This document shows positions 39,943 through 49,654 of a stretch of DNA of 56,712 bases, in pieces. The translations under genes and the position numbers were made by a program. How positions within the stretch are numbered: position 1 is the stretch's first letter; each line of letters begins with the position of its first letter. The stretch lies in the sequence record SRR31156797_11293; one strand, 5' to 3'. Below the pieces are notes generated by a model. It had not been told where the DNA came from and made no database searches. It saw only the letters and a list, made by a program, of their open reading frames with translations.

Positions 39943-41322
39943 TCAATCTGAGATAACGCGAATATCTCTCCAAGGACCTTTACGAAATCGAGTTGTATAT
40001 GTTGTCGCAAGAACCAAAACGTATGAAAGGATACATATCCAAGGGCCATGAATGCCCTTGATATCCAGAGCATTCAACACAATGAGTGGAAATACCACAC
40101 AAAACATCGAAGTCATTATCATGGTCTTCATGACGAATTTTGTATCACCAGCCCCTTTAAGACCTCCCACATATACAATTGCCACCGCATCAACCATCGT
40201 AAAGACCGCTGCATAACGCATGAGCATTACACCCATGGTCAAAACAGCATTAAATTCAATCTGGGTTTCTCCATGCGCCTTAAACAGTTCCATAAGTGCC
40301 TCAGGAAAAACAACAAACATCAATGCCATGGCACCCATATATGCCATTGCCAGATGCAAAACTGATTTAGTCGCATAAGCAGCCATGTCCGGATTCTTGT
40401 CGCCCATAGCCTGACCAACCATAATACTTGCAGCAACGTGCAGCCCAATGGTTGGCAAAAACGCCAGAGTATAAATGGAAAACACGGCATTCGTGGACGC
40501 TAACTCTACGGGACCAAAACGCCCAACCATGAGCACGAAAAACGAAAAAGCAAAGAGATCAAGAAAAAATTCGACGCCGCCGGGTACTCCAAACCGCAAA
40601 AACCGTTTAAATAGCTCCGGGTCAAATCTCCACGCAGAACGAACCCGGTATTTCTTTTCATTTTTATCAGTAAACACCATAAAGGAATAACATATGACTG
40701 GAACTATATACCCAATAACTGTCGCTATCCCCGCACCAACAATACCGAGTTCAGGAAACGGTCCAATTCCATTGATGAGACAATAATCCAAAGGGACATT
40801 CAAGGTCATTGCCAGAAGACTCACAAGCATGATCGGTTTCGTCATACCGCGGCCAGAATAAAAACACGACAGACATCCACTCACCACAAAAGCGCCACTA
40901 CCCACAATCAAAATCCGAAAATAGGCTATTTCCAACTCCATTATTGCAGCAGGGTGGCCACTCATTTCAAAAAGAGGTCGCGCTATGAACCACAAAGAAG
41001 CCAGAATCATCCAAGAAGGCACACAGAACCACAATCCCTGCCAAAGAGACCGGCCGACCTCTAAAGGCCTTCCTGACCCTGTATACTGTGCGACAAATAC
41101 ACCAGCGTATTGAGCGACACCAAGAAAAAACGCTAAAAACATGAAAGCGACAATACTCGCTGGAACAGATGCACCCAATGATTCCGTAGAATAGTTTCCC
41201 AGAAACATACGATCAGTAAATGTCATAACGGTTGAAGATACCATGCTCACCACAAGCGGAAGGCCTATTACCAGGGCCTCTTTATACCCACCTTTTGCAT
41301 GCCATCGCTTCATCAAAATCAT
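39943..41322 (-). CDS. MATE family efflux transporter
   Basis: FTDRMFLG, VAQYTG, FPELGIVGAGIAT, VGQAMG, LKGAGDT; about 12 TMs; GGAG RBS 6 nt before ATG 41322 (41313 is an alternative). Confidence 0.93.
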   Translation of the reverse strand: MILMKRWHAKGGYKEALVIGLPLVVSMVSSTVMTFTDRMFLGNYSTESLGASVPASIVAFMFLAFFLGVAQYAGVFVAQYTGSGRPLEVGRSLWQGLWFCVPSWMILASLWFIARPLFEMSGHPAAIMELEIAYFRILIVGSGAFVVSGCLSCFYSGRGMTKPIMLVSLLAMTLNVPLDYCLINGIGPFPELGIVGAGIATVIGYIVPVICYSFMVFTDKNEKKYRVRSAWRFDPELFKRFLRFGVPGGVEFFLDLFAFSFFVLMVGRFGPVELASTNAVFSIYTLAFLPTIGLHVAASIMVGQAMGDKNPDMAAYATKSVLHLAMAYMGAMALMFVVFPEALMELFKAHGETQIEFNAVLTMGVMLMRYAAVFTMVDAVAIVYVGGLKGAGDTKFVMKTMIMTSMFCVVFPLIVLNALDIKGIHGPWICILSYVLVLATTYTTRFRKGPWRDIRVISD

Positions 41323-41511
41323 TAAATTCTCCAATATATGTTGCACAAGAGGAAGTAGACTCACCCTCTAGCCTCAATCTTTATTCTATATCAAGCCTAT
41401 TCTTTTACTCTTTTAGCACCCTATATATTTTCATTCAGCGTGCCCCCCTTGTTCTTATGAAATCTCCATGATAGTGAGATTTATCCATGCCACCGATATA
41501 CAAGGATAAAC

Positions 41512-41988
41512 ATGCCAAATTCTGAAGATTCCTCCTTTTTTTCTCACATCTCGAATTTTCGCCGCCTTTACGCAAAAGCACTCACCACACGTCTTGAGCC
41601 ATATCAGGTGCGCCCTGGGTATATCGATATTCTCAACCGGCTTTGGAAACAGGACAACATCACGCAAAAGCAACTTCATGCGCAACTCGCCATTGAGCAA
41701 GCCACACTTTCCAACTCATTAAAACGTATGGAAAGGGATGGGTTGATTCATCGCAAGCGCGACCCAAAGGACCGCCGTCTTTCACACATCGTCCTGACAG
41801 AACACGCAAAATCTCTTGAGCCTACAATTCTGTCAGCAATTGCAGAACTTCAATCTGTGATAAACGTTGGCCTGACTATCAATGATAGGCGATATTTTAA
41901 TCGGATACTCAAGCAAATGACCACTCATTTGGAATCGGACATAGATGACCCATGCCTTGTACTTCTCGATGAAATCGCTGAAGAGTAG
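41512..41988 (+). CDS. MarR-family regulator
   Basis: ITQKQL..IEQATLSNSLKRMERDGLI.RKRDPKDRR..LT; AAGGA RBS; divergent from the MATE gene. Confidence 0.93.
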   Translation: MPNSEDSSFFSHISNFRRLYAKALTTRLEPYQVRPGYIDILNRLWKQDNITQKQLHAQLAIEQATLSNSLKRMERDGLIHRKRDPKDRRLSHIVLTEHAKSLEPTILSAIAELQSVINVGLTINDRRYFNRILKQMTTHLESDIDDPCLVLLDEIAEE

Positions 41989-42476
41989 AGTGAAAGGAAT
42001 CTCCAACAATCAACAAACCCTCGCTTGTCTTAATATTACTCACTAAAGCGCTCTCTTTAGTTTTTTACTGCTGACTGCGTTCATACTTACTCTAAACAAC
42101 TCTAATGAGTTGTTTAGTTAACCTCATTTTGTCATTTCTTGCGTGATCACATATGTTCACACACCTTCAATTGCTTGTTTTTATAGATATAATCTAGTCT
42201 TTCTCTTAGGTCTTTCAAGCTTCTTTGCTTTCTCCAAATGTTCAAAGAGCCTGCGGTAAAATCACACCGGTTTTGTTAAATTTGTGTTTTTTTCCCATTA
42301 TTTTTTCCTTTGAAATCTGCTATAGCGAACCGTAATCGACAACAACGTCCTGTAATTCTTTTTTATCGTCGTAATTCTAGATTATATCTAGACTTTGTAG
42401 GACAACGTTGTACTTTGTTGACAATCTTTGACTCCTTGTGTCAATGAATGAACATCATAGGTCAAATTGTGACATT

Positions 42477-42728
42477 ATGGACAACAAAGAAGCACCCAAG
42501 CCCCCGACCCTATTCACCGTACGTGAAGTTGCGGACTTTTTGCGGGTGCACCAGAGAACAGCATACAGACTGATTACTGGTGGAAGCATCAAAGCGATCA
42601 AAATCGGCAGTCAATGGAGAGTGCCTGAAAAAGATCTGCTGGAATTTATAGAGAGTGGATGGAAGGCTGCCGCGTCTAAGGATAAAGACGCCAAAAAGCC
42701 TGATCAATTCAAACTCCCCTTGGATTAA
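42477..42728 (+). CDS. Excisionase-like (HTH_17) small DNA-binding protein
   Basis: FTVREVADFLRVHQRTAYRLI..G.IKAIKIGSQWRVP; start uncertain (42438/42444/42477). Confidence 0.88.
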   Translation: MDNKEAPKPPTLFTVREVADFLRVHQRTAYRLITGGSIKAIKIGSQWRVPEKDLLEFIESGWKAAASKDKDAKKPDQFKLPLD

Positions 42729-42739
42729 GGAGAAAAGGC

Positions 42740-43144
42740 ATGTCAAAAAAAACGGTTGGCGGTCACGACGGAAACGATCCGATCCTCAATGTAAATCTGC
42801 CCAATGATTTTGGTCAGGATCTTGGGGTTACCGGCCACTTGATCGGCGAAGAAATGTACTTCGACGACAATACCGGTATGTTGACCATGGAAAAGTTGTA
42901 CCGTGATGAAGACGATAAGCTTGCTTACGGTATTATTTCCGCCATCGGTCATGCCCGTGAACGCCGTGCGTATCGCTTGGAAGAAAGAGAAGAGACCTGC
43001 ATCGTTTCCAACGGTAGCCTCAATCTTGAATTTTCTTATGACGAGCTCTTTGAACTGCTGGCCGTAGCTATGGAAGCGGAAAAGGAAAGTTCCAGCCGAC
43101 AAGTCAGTGAGCAGGTCCGCCGCAGACTGGCAGCCAATGAATAA
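42740..43144 (+). CDS. Acidic hypothetical protein (134 aa)
   Basis: AAGGAG RBS overlapping the upstream stop; followed by a terminator. Confidence 0.8.
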   Translation: MSKKTVGGHDGNDPILNVNLPNDFGQDLGVTGHLIGEEMYFDDNTGMLTMEKLYRDEDDKLAYGIISAIGHARERRAYRLEEREETCIVSNGSLNLEFSYDELFELLAVAMEAEKESSSRQVSEQVRRRLAANE

Positions 43145-43168
43145 GACCACGCTGTAATAGATAAGAAG

Positions 43169-43194
43169 AAGGGGACCTCACGGTCCCTTTTTTT
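43169..43194 (+). terminator. Intrinsic terminator, possibly bidirectional
   Basis: AAGGGGACC-TCAC-GGTCCCTTT followed by a T-run abutting the pfkA stop. Confidence 0.8.
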
Positions 43195-44494
43195 ATTCCA
43201 TGTAGGTATGCTGTCCAGTAGATTCCATAACTGCACACCAGTAATCCGAGTGAGTATTGATACTGCGCCGTTTGACTGTCACCAAATCAAGGGGCAAATG
43301 CACCAAACTTGATTTTAATCTCGTGACAACCATACCGGTTTTCCCAGCCATGGCCGCATGCACTGCATTCTGTCCAAGAAACCCACAATAAATTCTATCC
43401 CCGGCATTGGCAGGGACAGATCGTATTATGTAACTAGGATCAATGAATTTAATATTCACTTCCAAATCCCGCTTGTGAAAATGATCTTTCAAACCATTAA
43501 TGATAAATCCACAAATGTCGCCCAACTTGGGATTTCCTGACGGATCACGCTTCAATTTTTCGCCGAGTAGATCCTGACCGGCACCTTCTGCACACACAAT
43601 GATTGCATGGTCTCGATCATGCAAACGCCTTTCAACGGCCTGCAACAAACCATTGTCACCTTCAAGCGCAAACTTCTTTTCTGGAACCAACAGAAAATTT
43701 ACTTCTTGAAGAGCTAGCGTAGCCTGTGCCGCAATAAAACCAGCTTCTCGGCCCATCAGCCGAACGATTCCAACGCCTTTATCTACTCCGGTAGCTTCAA
43801 CATGAGCGCACTGAATAGCTTCGGTTGCCTTTTCAACGGCAGTATCAAATCCGAAAGAGCGGGTTATAAAATTGATATCGTTATCGATGGTCTTGGGGAT
43901 ACCTATAACTGCAATCTTTCGTTTTCGGTTGGAGACTTCTTCGACAATGGATTTTGCAGCACGCATGGACCCATCACCACCGATTACGAAAAGTATGTTT
44001 ACATTCAGGCGTTCTAAGGAATCAACAATTTCTTCAGCATCTTGTAGGCCACGGGAGGAACCAAGAATCGTACCTCCAAACTGATGAATATGAGACACAT
44101 TCTGCGGAGTCAGTTCCTTAATTTCATATCCATAATCAGGGATAAATCCTCGTAGTCCGTTGGAGATCCCGAAGACAGTCCGGATACCATAGTGGTAATG
44201 CGCCTCATTGACGATTGACCGAATAACATCATTGATTCCCGGACAAAGACCTCCACAGGTTACGATGGCGCAACGGGTCTTTGACGGGTCAAAATACAAT
44301 TTTTCACGAGGGCCTGCTTTCTCAAATTCCTTTTGAAGGACGCCGGTCTTAATTTCACGCATTTCCTCATCTGTCAGCATGAGTGTTACCGGCTTTGACT
44401 CATCGACATACCGAGGATTCCTCACTGGCGTTTTTACCTTTGCAGGTCCCAAAGCAGGTATATCTGTCATAAAATTCAGATTATTCTTTGCCAT
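43193..44494 (-). CDS. pfkA: ATP-dependent 6-phosphofructokinase
   Basis: TCGGLCPG.N, GGTILGSSRG, GGDGS (ATP-type Gly), PKTIDND, MGREAG, DPSY.IRS; GGAG RBS before ATG 44494. Confidence 0.92.
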   Translation of the reverse strand: MAKNNLNFMTDIPALGPAKVKTPVRNPRYVDESKPVTLMLTDEEMREIKTGVLQKEFEKAGPREKLYFDPSKTRCAIVTCGGLCPGINDVIRSIVNEAHYHYGIRTVFGISNGLRGFIPDYGYEIKELTPQNVSHIHQFGGTILGSSRGLQDAEEIVDSLERLNVNILFVIGGDGSMRAAKSIVEEVSNRKRKIAVIGIPKTIDNDINFITRSFGFDTAVEKATEAIQCAHVEATGVDKGVGIVRLMGREAGFIAAQATLALQEVNFLLVPEKKFALEGDNGLLQAVERRLHDRDHAIIVCAEGAGQDLLGEKLKRDPSGNPKLGDICGFIINGLKDHFHKRDLEVNIKFIDPSYIIRSVPANAGDRIYCGFLGQNAVHAAMAGKTGMVVTRLKSSLVHLPLDLVTVKRRSINTHSDYWCAVMESTGQHTYME

Positions 44495-44556
44495 CGCGTA
44501 CACTCCAAAGGGTTATCCCAGTCACTAAAATCTCATAAAATTGTAGTATTGTGTTC

Positions 44557-45567
44557 TTATTTCCACTGAGATACTTTCGGTTCCGGCAACTCATCGACTG
44601 ATTCAAGCAATTCTTCAGGGCGAGTCGTTGCTGCACCGACTTGAGCCACAACCACCCCGGCAGCATAGTTGGCCAATGTACATGAAGTCAGCAAATCAAA
44701 CCCAGCGGAAAGGGCGAGAGCTGTGGTCGCGATAACGGTGTCACCGGCACCAGTCACATCAAAAACCTTACGGGCAAATGTAGGAATGTGGCTTACTGAG
44801 TCTTTTCCTTCAAACAAAGCCATACCATCAGGGCCGAGCGTGATCAGGAGGTTGTTACAATTCAACCGTTTAAATAATGCTTCACCTGCTTCCAAAACGG
44901 ATTCACGATCTGTCACTGTCATAAGAGCGCCTTCGCCTGCCTCCTTTGTATTGGGAGTCAGAAGATCAACACCTTGGTACAAATCATAGTTCACGGTCTT
45001 TGGATCGACCAAAACCTGCGGCCGCACTGAACATGTGTCCACAAGGGCCATAAAACGATCCATAAATGTACGGGAGATGAACCCTTTGCCATAATCAGAC
45101 AAGATTACGACAGGGTAGTCATTCACCACAGATTCAAGGATGGTAAACAGTTCATTATACGCTTCATCACATAAGGGAATGGCCAATTCATGATCAACGC
45201 GAACCACCTGCTGATTATGTGCTATAATACGTGTTTTCTTTGTGGTGGGGCGGTTTGCGTCGCGAATAATCCGCGTTTCAATTCCCGCTTCATTGCAAAG
45301 ATCATCAAGGAGTGCACCGTCTCGATCATCACCAACCACGGAAATAAGCAAGGGGGCGCCACCAAGATCTGCGATATTGCGGCCGACATTACCTGCTCCG
45401 CCCAGGACCACAGATTCCTTGTTCACGTTCACCACTGGCACGGGAGCCTCTGGTGAAATACGGTCCACATTGCCAATCAGGTAATGGTCAAGCATAAGAT
45501 CACCGATTATCAGCACCTTGTGACCAACCAGCGAAGCAACAGCGTTTCGAATCATATCTCGTGACAT
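44557..45567 (-). CDS. rfaE1: D-glycero-beta-D-manno-heptose-7-phosphate kinase (HldE kinase domain, stand-alone)
   Basis: GDLMLDHY..RISPEAPVPVV, GGAGNV, SDYGKG, VDPK, TPN..E, DVTGAGDTV; start uncertain (45567 or 45555). Confidence 0.92.
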   Translation of the reverse strand: MSRDMIRNAVASLVGHKVLIIGDLMLDHYLIGNVDRISPEAPVPVVNVNKESVVLGGAGNVGRNIADLGGAPLLISVVGDDRDGALLDDLCNEAGIETRIIRDANRPTTKKTRIIAHNQQVVRVDHELAIPLCDEAYNELFTILESVVNDYPVVILSDYGKGFISRTFMDRFMALVDTCSVRPQVLVDPKTVNYDLYQGVDLLTPNTKEAGEGALMTVTDRESVLEAGEALFKRLNCNNLLITLGPDGMALFEGKDSVSHIPTFARKVFDVTGAGDTVIATTALALSAGFDLLTSCTLANYAAGVVVAQVGAATTRPEELLESVDELPEPKVSQWK

Positions 45568-45708
45568 AATAGAGTAAACCAGTGTTTTTGACGTGTTATT
45601 AATTTTTATACTCAACCGATCATCAGAGAATGTCCGCCTCGAGACATCTCAATGATCATCATATTCAGATCGTTATCTTATCATCAAGACGAAAGACTTA
45701 TTGCTCAT

Positions 45709-46626
45709 TTAGACAAATGATACACCGAGCTTTTCAGCAATCAACCGCAACTCATTTGCGGAGCCATAACTCACTGTAACTTTGCCTTTTTCGGGAGAAC
45801 CGGCGATTTTAACTTTAACTCCCAGCATATCAGATAATGATTGCTGCAGCTCAGTGACTCGTGGGTCCATGGGTTTCAGTTTGGTCTTGCCGGGTTTTGC
45901 AGCCACCTCGGTACCGATTTCTTCTGCACCAGGTAAACGCCCATTCTGTTTAAAGAACGTTGCCTGAGCCTCGGCTTGGCGAACAGTCAACCCATTTTCT
46001 ACAATCCGATGGTGCAAAGATTCTTGCGTTTCCGCATCAGCAACAGCCATTATAGCACGCCCATGCCCCGCAGAAATAGCCCCTTGTTGAATGTCTGCCT
46101 GCACACTTTCGGGTAAATTCAGCAGGCGCAATGAGTTGGCCACAGCCGAACGACTCTTGCCGACCTGACGGGCCAGCTCTTCCTGACTCAACCCGAACTC
46201 CTGCTGCAACCGCTGATATCCCAAGGCCTCTTCTACAGCGTTCAAATCTTCCCGCTGCAAGTTTTCGATCAGCGCTATGGCCAGACTTTCCTGATCTGAC
46301 ATTTCACGGATCAAGGTCGGAATCTCGGTTAAACCGGCTCTCTTTGAAGCACGCAAACGGCGCTCACCAGCAACCAATTCATAGGTATTGTCACTCAGGG
46401 AACGCACAAGCACAGGCTGGAGTACGCCACGAGTCTTAATGGATGCGGCCAAATCAATCAGGCCTTCTTCGGAAAACTCACGGCGAGGCTGATGTGGGTT
46501 AGGGGAGATAGCCCCGACGGGGATCATCCGAACCTCTGCGGAATCCGAGGTCACTTTTTCGTCCTCTCGGACTCCACCCAAAAGGGCATCCAGGCCTCGA
46601 CCCAATCCCCGATTACCAGATGTCAT
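45709..46626 (-). CDS. parB: Chromosome partitioning protein ParB/Spo0J
   Basis: RGLGRGLDALL, NPHQPRREF, AGERRLRA, ENLQREDL, HTH VGKSRSAVANSLRLL; GAGGAG RBS. Confidence 0.96.
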   Translation of the reverse strand: MTSGNRGLGRGLDALLGGVREDEKVTSDSAEVRMIPVGAISPNPHQPRREFSEEGLIDLAASIKTRGVLQPVLVRSLSDNTYELVAGERRLRASKRAGLTEIPTLIREMSDQESLAIALIENLQREDLNAVEEALGYQRLQQEFGLSQEELARQVGKSRSAVANSLRLLNLPESVQADIQQGAISAGHGRAIMAVADAETQESLHHRIVENGLTVRQAEAQATFFKQNGRLPGAEEIGTEVAAKPGKTKLKPMDPRVTELQQSLSDMLGVKVKIAGSPEKGKVTVSYGSANELRLIAEKLGVSFV

Positions 46627-46720
46627 AACAATTCTCCTCACGCTTATGATTACACCCTTGCTCATTATGGCTGGAGTGCCTATATAGCCCCGAAGACAAG
46701 CGAAAACAATCGGAGCAATT

Positions 46721-47152
46721 ATGTCTGATCATATCAACGAACTCTTTGATAAAGACGGCAATCTCATTGGCGCGCTGCTTTCTGCAGAAGCCTGGAACGC
46801 CGTAAAAAAACAGGTTTTTGATTCTCTTGGAATCGTGGAAACACATGCTGAGCCAGAAAAACCTGAACCTTTGGCCGACTGGGAAACCCTCAAAGACTAT
46901 TGGGATTTCGATTATCCCGTGGATACCGACGTCACCTGTGAACAGTGTGGCAACACCACTCAAGACTGGGCCAAGGATGACCCGCGCCGCTTTAGACTGA
47001 CCAGTGCGAACCTTGCGGGTCTGGTTGCTTTTAAATGTATGCAGTGCCAATCAAAAGTCGTTAAAAGGCACTTCAAAGACGAACTCACCACTGAATGCAC
47101 TCCGTACCAAGATTCAAAAGACACTTCCAAGGAAGGGCGGTACAACCGCTGA
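46721..47152 (+). CDS. Hypothetical Zn-ribbon protein
   Basis: GGAG RBS; CEQC and CMQC pairs; fills the gap between parA and parB on the opposite strand. Confidence 0.85.
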   Translation: MSDHINELFDKDGNLIGALLSAEAWNAVKKQVFDSLGIVETHAEPEKPEPLADWETLKDYWDFDYPVDTDVTCEQCGNTTQDWAKDDPRRFRLTSANLAGLVAFKCMQCQSKVVKRHFKDELTTECTPYQDSKDTSKEGRYNR

Positions 47153-47217
47153 TCGCCACTTTCTCAAACTTCCCGTCATGAGAAACACATGACGGGCCGC
47201 AGGATCAAAGACCCTGA

Positions 47218-47991
47218 TCAACCCACCGCAGCCGTACTCTTTGCCACTTCTTGAGCCAGAGCCAAATAGGCTTCTGCGCCACGCGATTTTATATCATAGT
47301 TGATCACGGGTTTTCCAAAGCTCGGCGCTTCTGATAGTCGAACGTTTCTCGGAATTATTGTCTCAAAAAGGTGCTGAGGGAATGCTTTGCGCACTTCATT
47401 CTTCACCTGCCAGGACAATCTGTTTCTGGAATCATACATCGTCAAGACGACCCCCAAAATGCCCAAATCCGTGTTCAGACGTTTTCGAACCAACTCGTAC
47501 GTCATGAGCAACTGCGCAATGCCTTCCAATGCGTAATACTCACACTGCAACGGAACCAACATCTCTTTGGCTGCGCACAAGGCGTTCACGGTCAAAAGGC
47601 CGAGAGAGGGAGGGCAGTCGATAATGATAAAATCATATTCCTCATCAACCGTTTCCAGCAGTTCACGCAAATAATATTCACGTCCGAACTTATCGACCAA
47701 CTCAATCTCAGCACCGACCAAGTCCTGCGTACCCGGAAGCAAATCCAAATAGGGAACCCCGGTCTCACAAATAGCTTTGCCAATTTTTTTAGGATCGAAC
47801 AGCACGGAATAAATATTCTCACGCTGATCCGCGGGGTAAAACCCAAGGCCGCTTGAGGCATTTCCCTGAGGGTCACAATCGACCAACAAGACCTTTTTTT
47901 CCATCACAGCCAATGACGCCGCAAGGTTGACTGAGGTTGTTGTCTTACCAACCCCACCTTTTTGATTTGCTACAACAATTCTTCGTGCCAC
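47218..47991 (-). CDS. parA: Chromosome partitioning ATPase ParA/Soj
   Basis: NQKGGVGKTT, DCDPQGNAS, IDCPPSLG, QCEYYALEG, IPRNVRLSEAPS; GTG start with GAGG RBS. Confidence 0.97.
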   Translation of the reverse strand: MARRIVVANQKGGVGKTTTSVNLAASLAVMEKKVLLVDCDPQGNASSGLGFYPADQRENIYSVLFDPKKIGKAICETGVPYLDLLPGTQDLVGAEIELVDKFGREYYLRELLETVDEEYDFIIIDCPPSLGLLTVNALCAAKEMLVPLQCEYYALEGIAQLLMTYELVRKRLNTDLGILGVVLTMYDSRNRLSWQVKNEVRKAFPQHLFETIIPRNVRLSEAPSFGKPVINYDIKSRGAEAYLALAQEVAKSTAAVG

Positions 47992-48040
47992 AAAACCCTC
48001 TCTTTAATGCTCCAGTTCACTCTCATGTGGATATTTCGAG

Positions 48041-48056
48041 TGTTTCACGTGAAACA
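48041..48056. other. parS centromere site 1
   Basis: Perfect palindrome TGTTTCACGTGAAACA, matching the canonical bacterial parS. Confidence 0.95.
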
Positions 48057-48073
48057 ATTTGCTCAATTTGAAA

Positions 48074-48089
48074 TGTTTCACGTGAAACA
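48074..48089. other. parS centromere site 2
   Basis: Second perfect TGTTTCACGTGAAACA, starting 33 bp after the first. Confidence 0.95.
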
Positions 48090-48172
48090 GAGTCTGCACT
48101 TTCGTTCTGACAGTCGTAGGCTGAATTAATTTCTAACGCAAGTGGAGTTATGTAAAAAGAGAGAAAAACGAC

Positions 48173-48199
48173 AAAAAAAGGGCAGCCAAAGGCTGCCCT
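48173..48199 (-). terminator. Intrinsic terminator of the epimerase gene
   Basis: AGGGCAGCC-AAA-GGCTGCCCT with an A-run on the left. Confidence 0.85.
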
Positions 48200-48222
48200 C
48201 AAATTAAATCTTCAACTCAATG

Positions 48223-49230
48223 CTATTTCTGGTAATACTCACGATACCAGTCAATAAAATTGCGAATACCTACTTCAATAGAAGTGTCGGGTTTGAAATC
48301 AACGTCTTTAACCAGATCACTCACGTCTGCCTCGGTTGCCGGGACATCTCCAGGCTGCATAGGCATATAGTTATAAATGGCTTTCTTGCCGACAACTTCT
48401 TCGATCACTTCAATGTACCGAGACAGTTCAACGACTGCATTATTACCTATATTATAGACGCGGTAGGGCACTTTACTCGTACACGGATCAGGGTTGTTGC
48501 CATCCCAATCTTCATTCGGTGTCGCGGTTTTCTTGACGACACGAACCACGCCTTCAACAATGTCGTCAATGTACGTGAAATCACGCATCATCTTTCCATA
48601 GTTAAAGACATTGATCGGCTTTTCTTCAAGTATATTCTTAGTGAACAAGAAGAGAGCCATATCAGGACGTCCCCAAGGACCATATACGGTGAAGAAGCGC
48701 AGGCCAGTCGTGGGCAAGTCATACAGACTTGAGTAGGAGTGCGACATCATCTCGTTAGATTTCTTCGTCGCAGCGTACAAGCTCATGGGATGATCAACAC
48801 CTTCATGTGGATTCAACGGCATTTTCGTATTCATGCCGTACACCGAACTACTAGAAGCGTAGACCAAATGTTCGACCTTATTGTGCCGGCAGCCTTCAAG
48901 GATGTTCAGAAAGCCAACAACATTGGAATCGATATACGACTTGGGATTCTCAATGGAATATCTGACACCGGCCTGTGCAGCCAGATTAACCACATGCGTG
49001 AATTTCTCCTGAGCAAAAAGATCGCTCATGGGCTGATCATCCTGCAAATTGATATTCACATGTCTGAAAAGATCGCTTTCCTGTAAAACAGCCAAACGAG
49101 CTTTCTTGAGATTCACATCATAATAGTCATTCAGGTTATCCAGACCAACGACTTCATGGCCTTCGCCAATCAAGCGCCTGGAAAGATGAAAGCCAATAAA
49201 CCCGGCTGCGCCGGTAACAAGTATCTTCAT
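48223..49230 (-). CDS. NAD-dependent epimerase (UDP-glucuronate 4-epimerase-like)
   Basis: [47 protein letters not shown]. Confidence 0.92.
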   Translation of the reverse strand: MKILVTGAAGFIGFHLSRRLIGEGHEVVGLDNLNDYYDVNLKKARLAVLQESDLFRHVNINLQDDQPMSDLFAQEKFTHVVNLAAQAGVRYSIENPKSYIDSNVVGFLNILEGCRHNKVEHLVYASSSSVYGMNTKMPLNPHEGVDHPMSLYAATKKSNEMMSHSYSSLYDLPTTGLRFFTVYGPWGRPDMALFLFTKNILEEKPINVFNYGKMMRDFTYIDDIVEGVVRVVKKTATPNEDWDGNNPDPCTSKVPYRVYNIGNNAVVELSRYIEVIEEVVGKKAIYNYMPMQPGDVPATEADVSDLVKDVDFKPDTSIEVGIRNFIDWYREYYQK

Positions 49231-49654
49231 ATTTTTAACTGTCCCTTACCCCAAACACTTAAGTCAGGATTAATGGTTCCGAAAAGAGTCACTGTCATAA
49301 TTCCACTGTGTCAACCGAACAAGCTGCCTTCAATTCGGGAAGTGGAACTGCTCCCCGCTCATACTCCACACATCTCCCACAATGCAAGTGTGAAAAAATT
49401 CATTTCTCGATGAAACTGCAGTTCATTCTCTATTTTCGACCCTCTAATCCGTAAATTAACAACAAAACACCTTTTCAATAGCAACATACCGCTTAAAAAC
49501 TGTTGAGGCACAAGGGGTTACAAAGACTGTTGAAAAATTTGTCGTCTTAAGCCTTTTTAAACCATTCTTGATCGTTAAGCTCGCGGAAGGGTGCCAAACG
49601 CCTCCTGCGCCGCGTGAGGCGGCAAAAAAGGGAAGTGGTGCTGTAAAAGAGAAA

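Noticed and set aside
36300..42450. Apparently AT-richer block as a genomic island
   Set aside because: The impression is by eye only, and there are no mobility genes or boundary repeats; a GC and codon-usage calculation would be needed.
42477..42728. Excisionase-like gene as evidence of a prophage or ICE
   Set aside because: No integrase, att-like repeat, tRNA or phage gene nearby; flanks are housekeeping genes.
49231..49654. Intergenic gap near parS as oriC
   Set aside because: No consensus TTATCCACA boxes (only degenerate matches such as TTTTCAACA) and no dnaA in the window.
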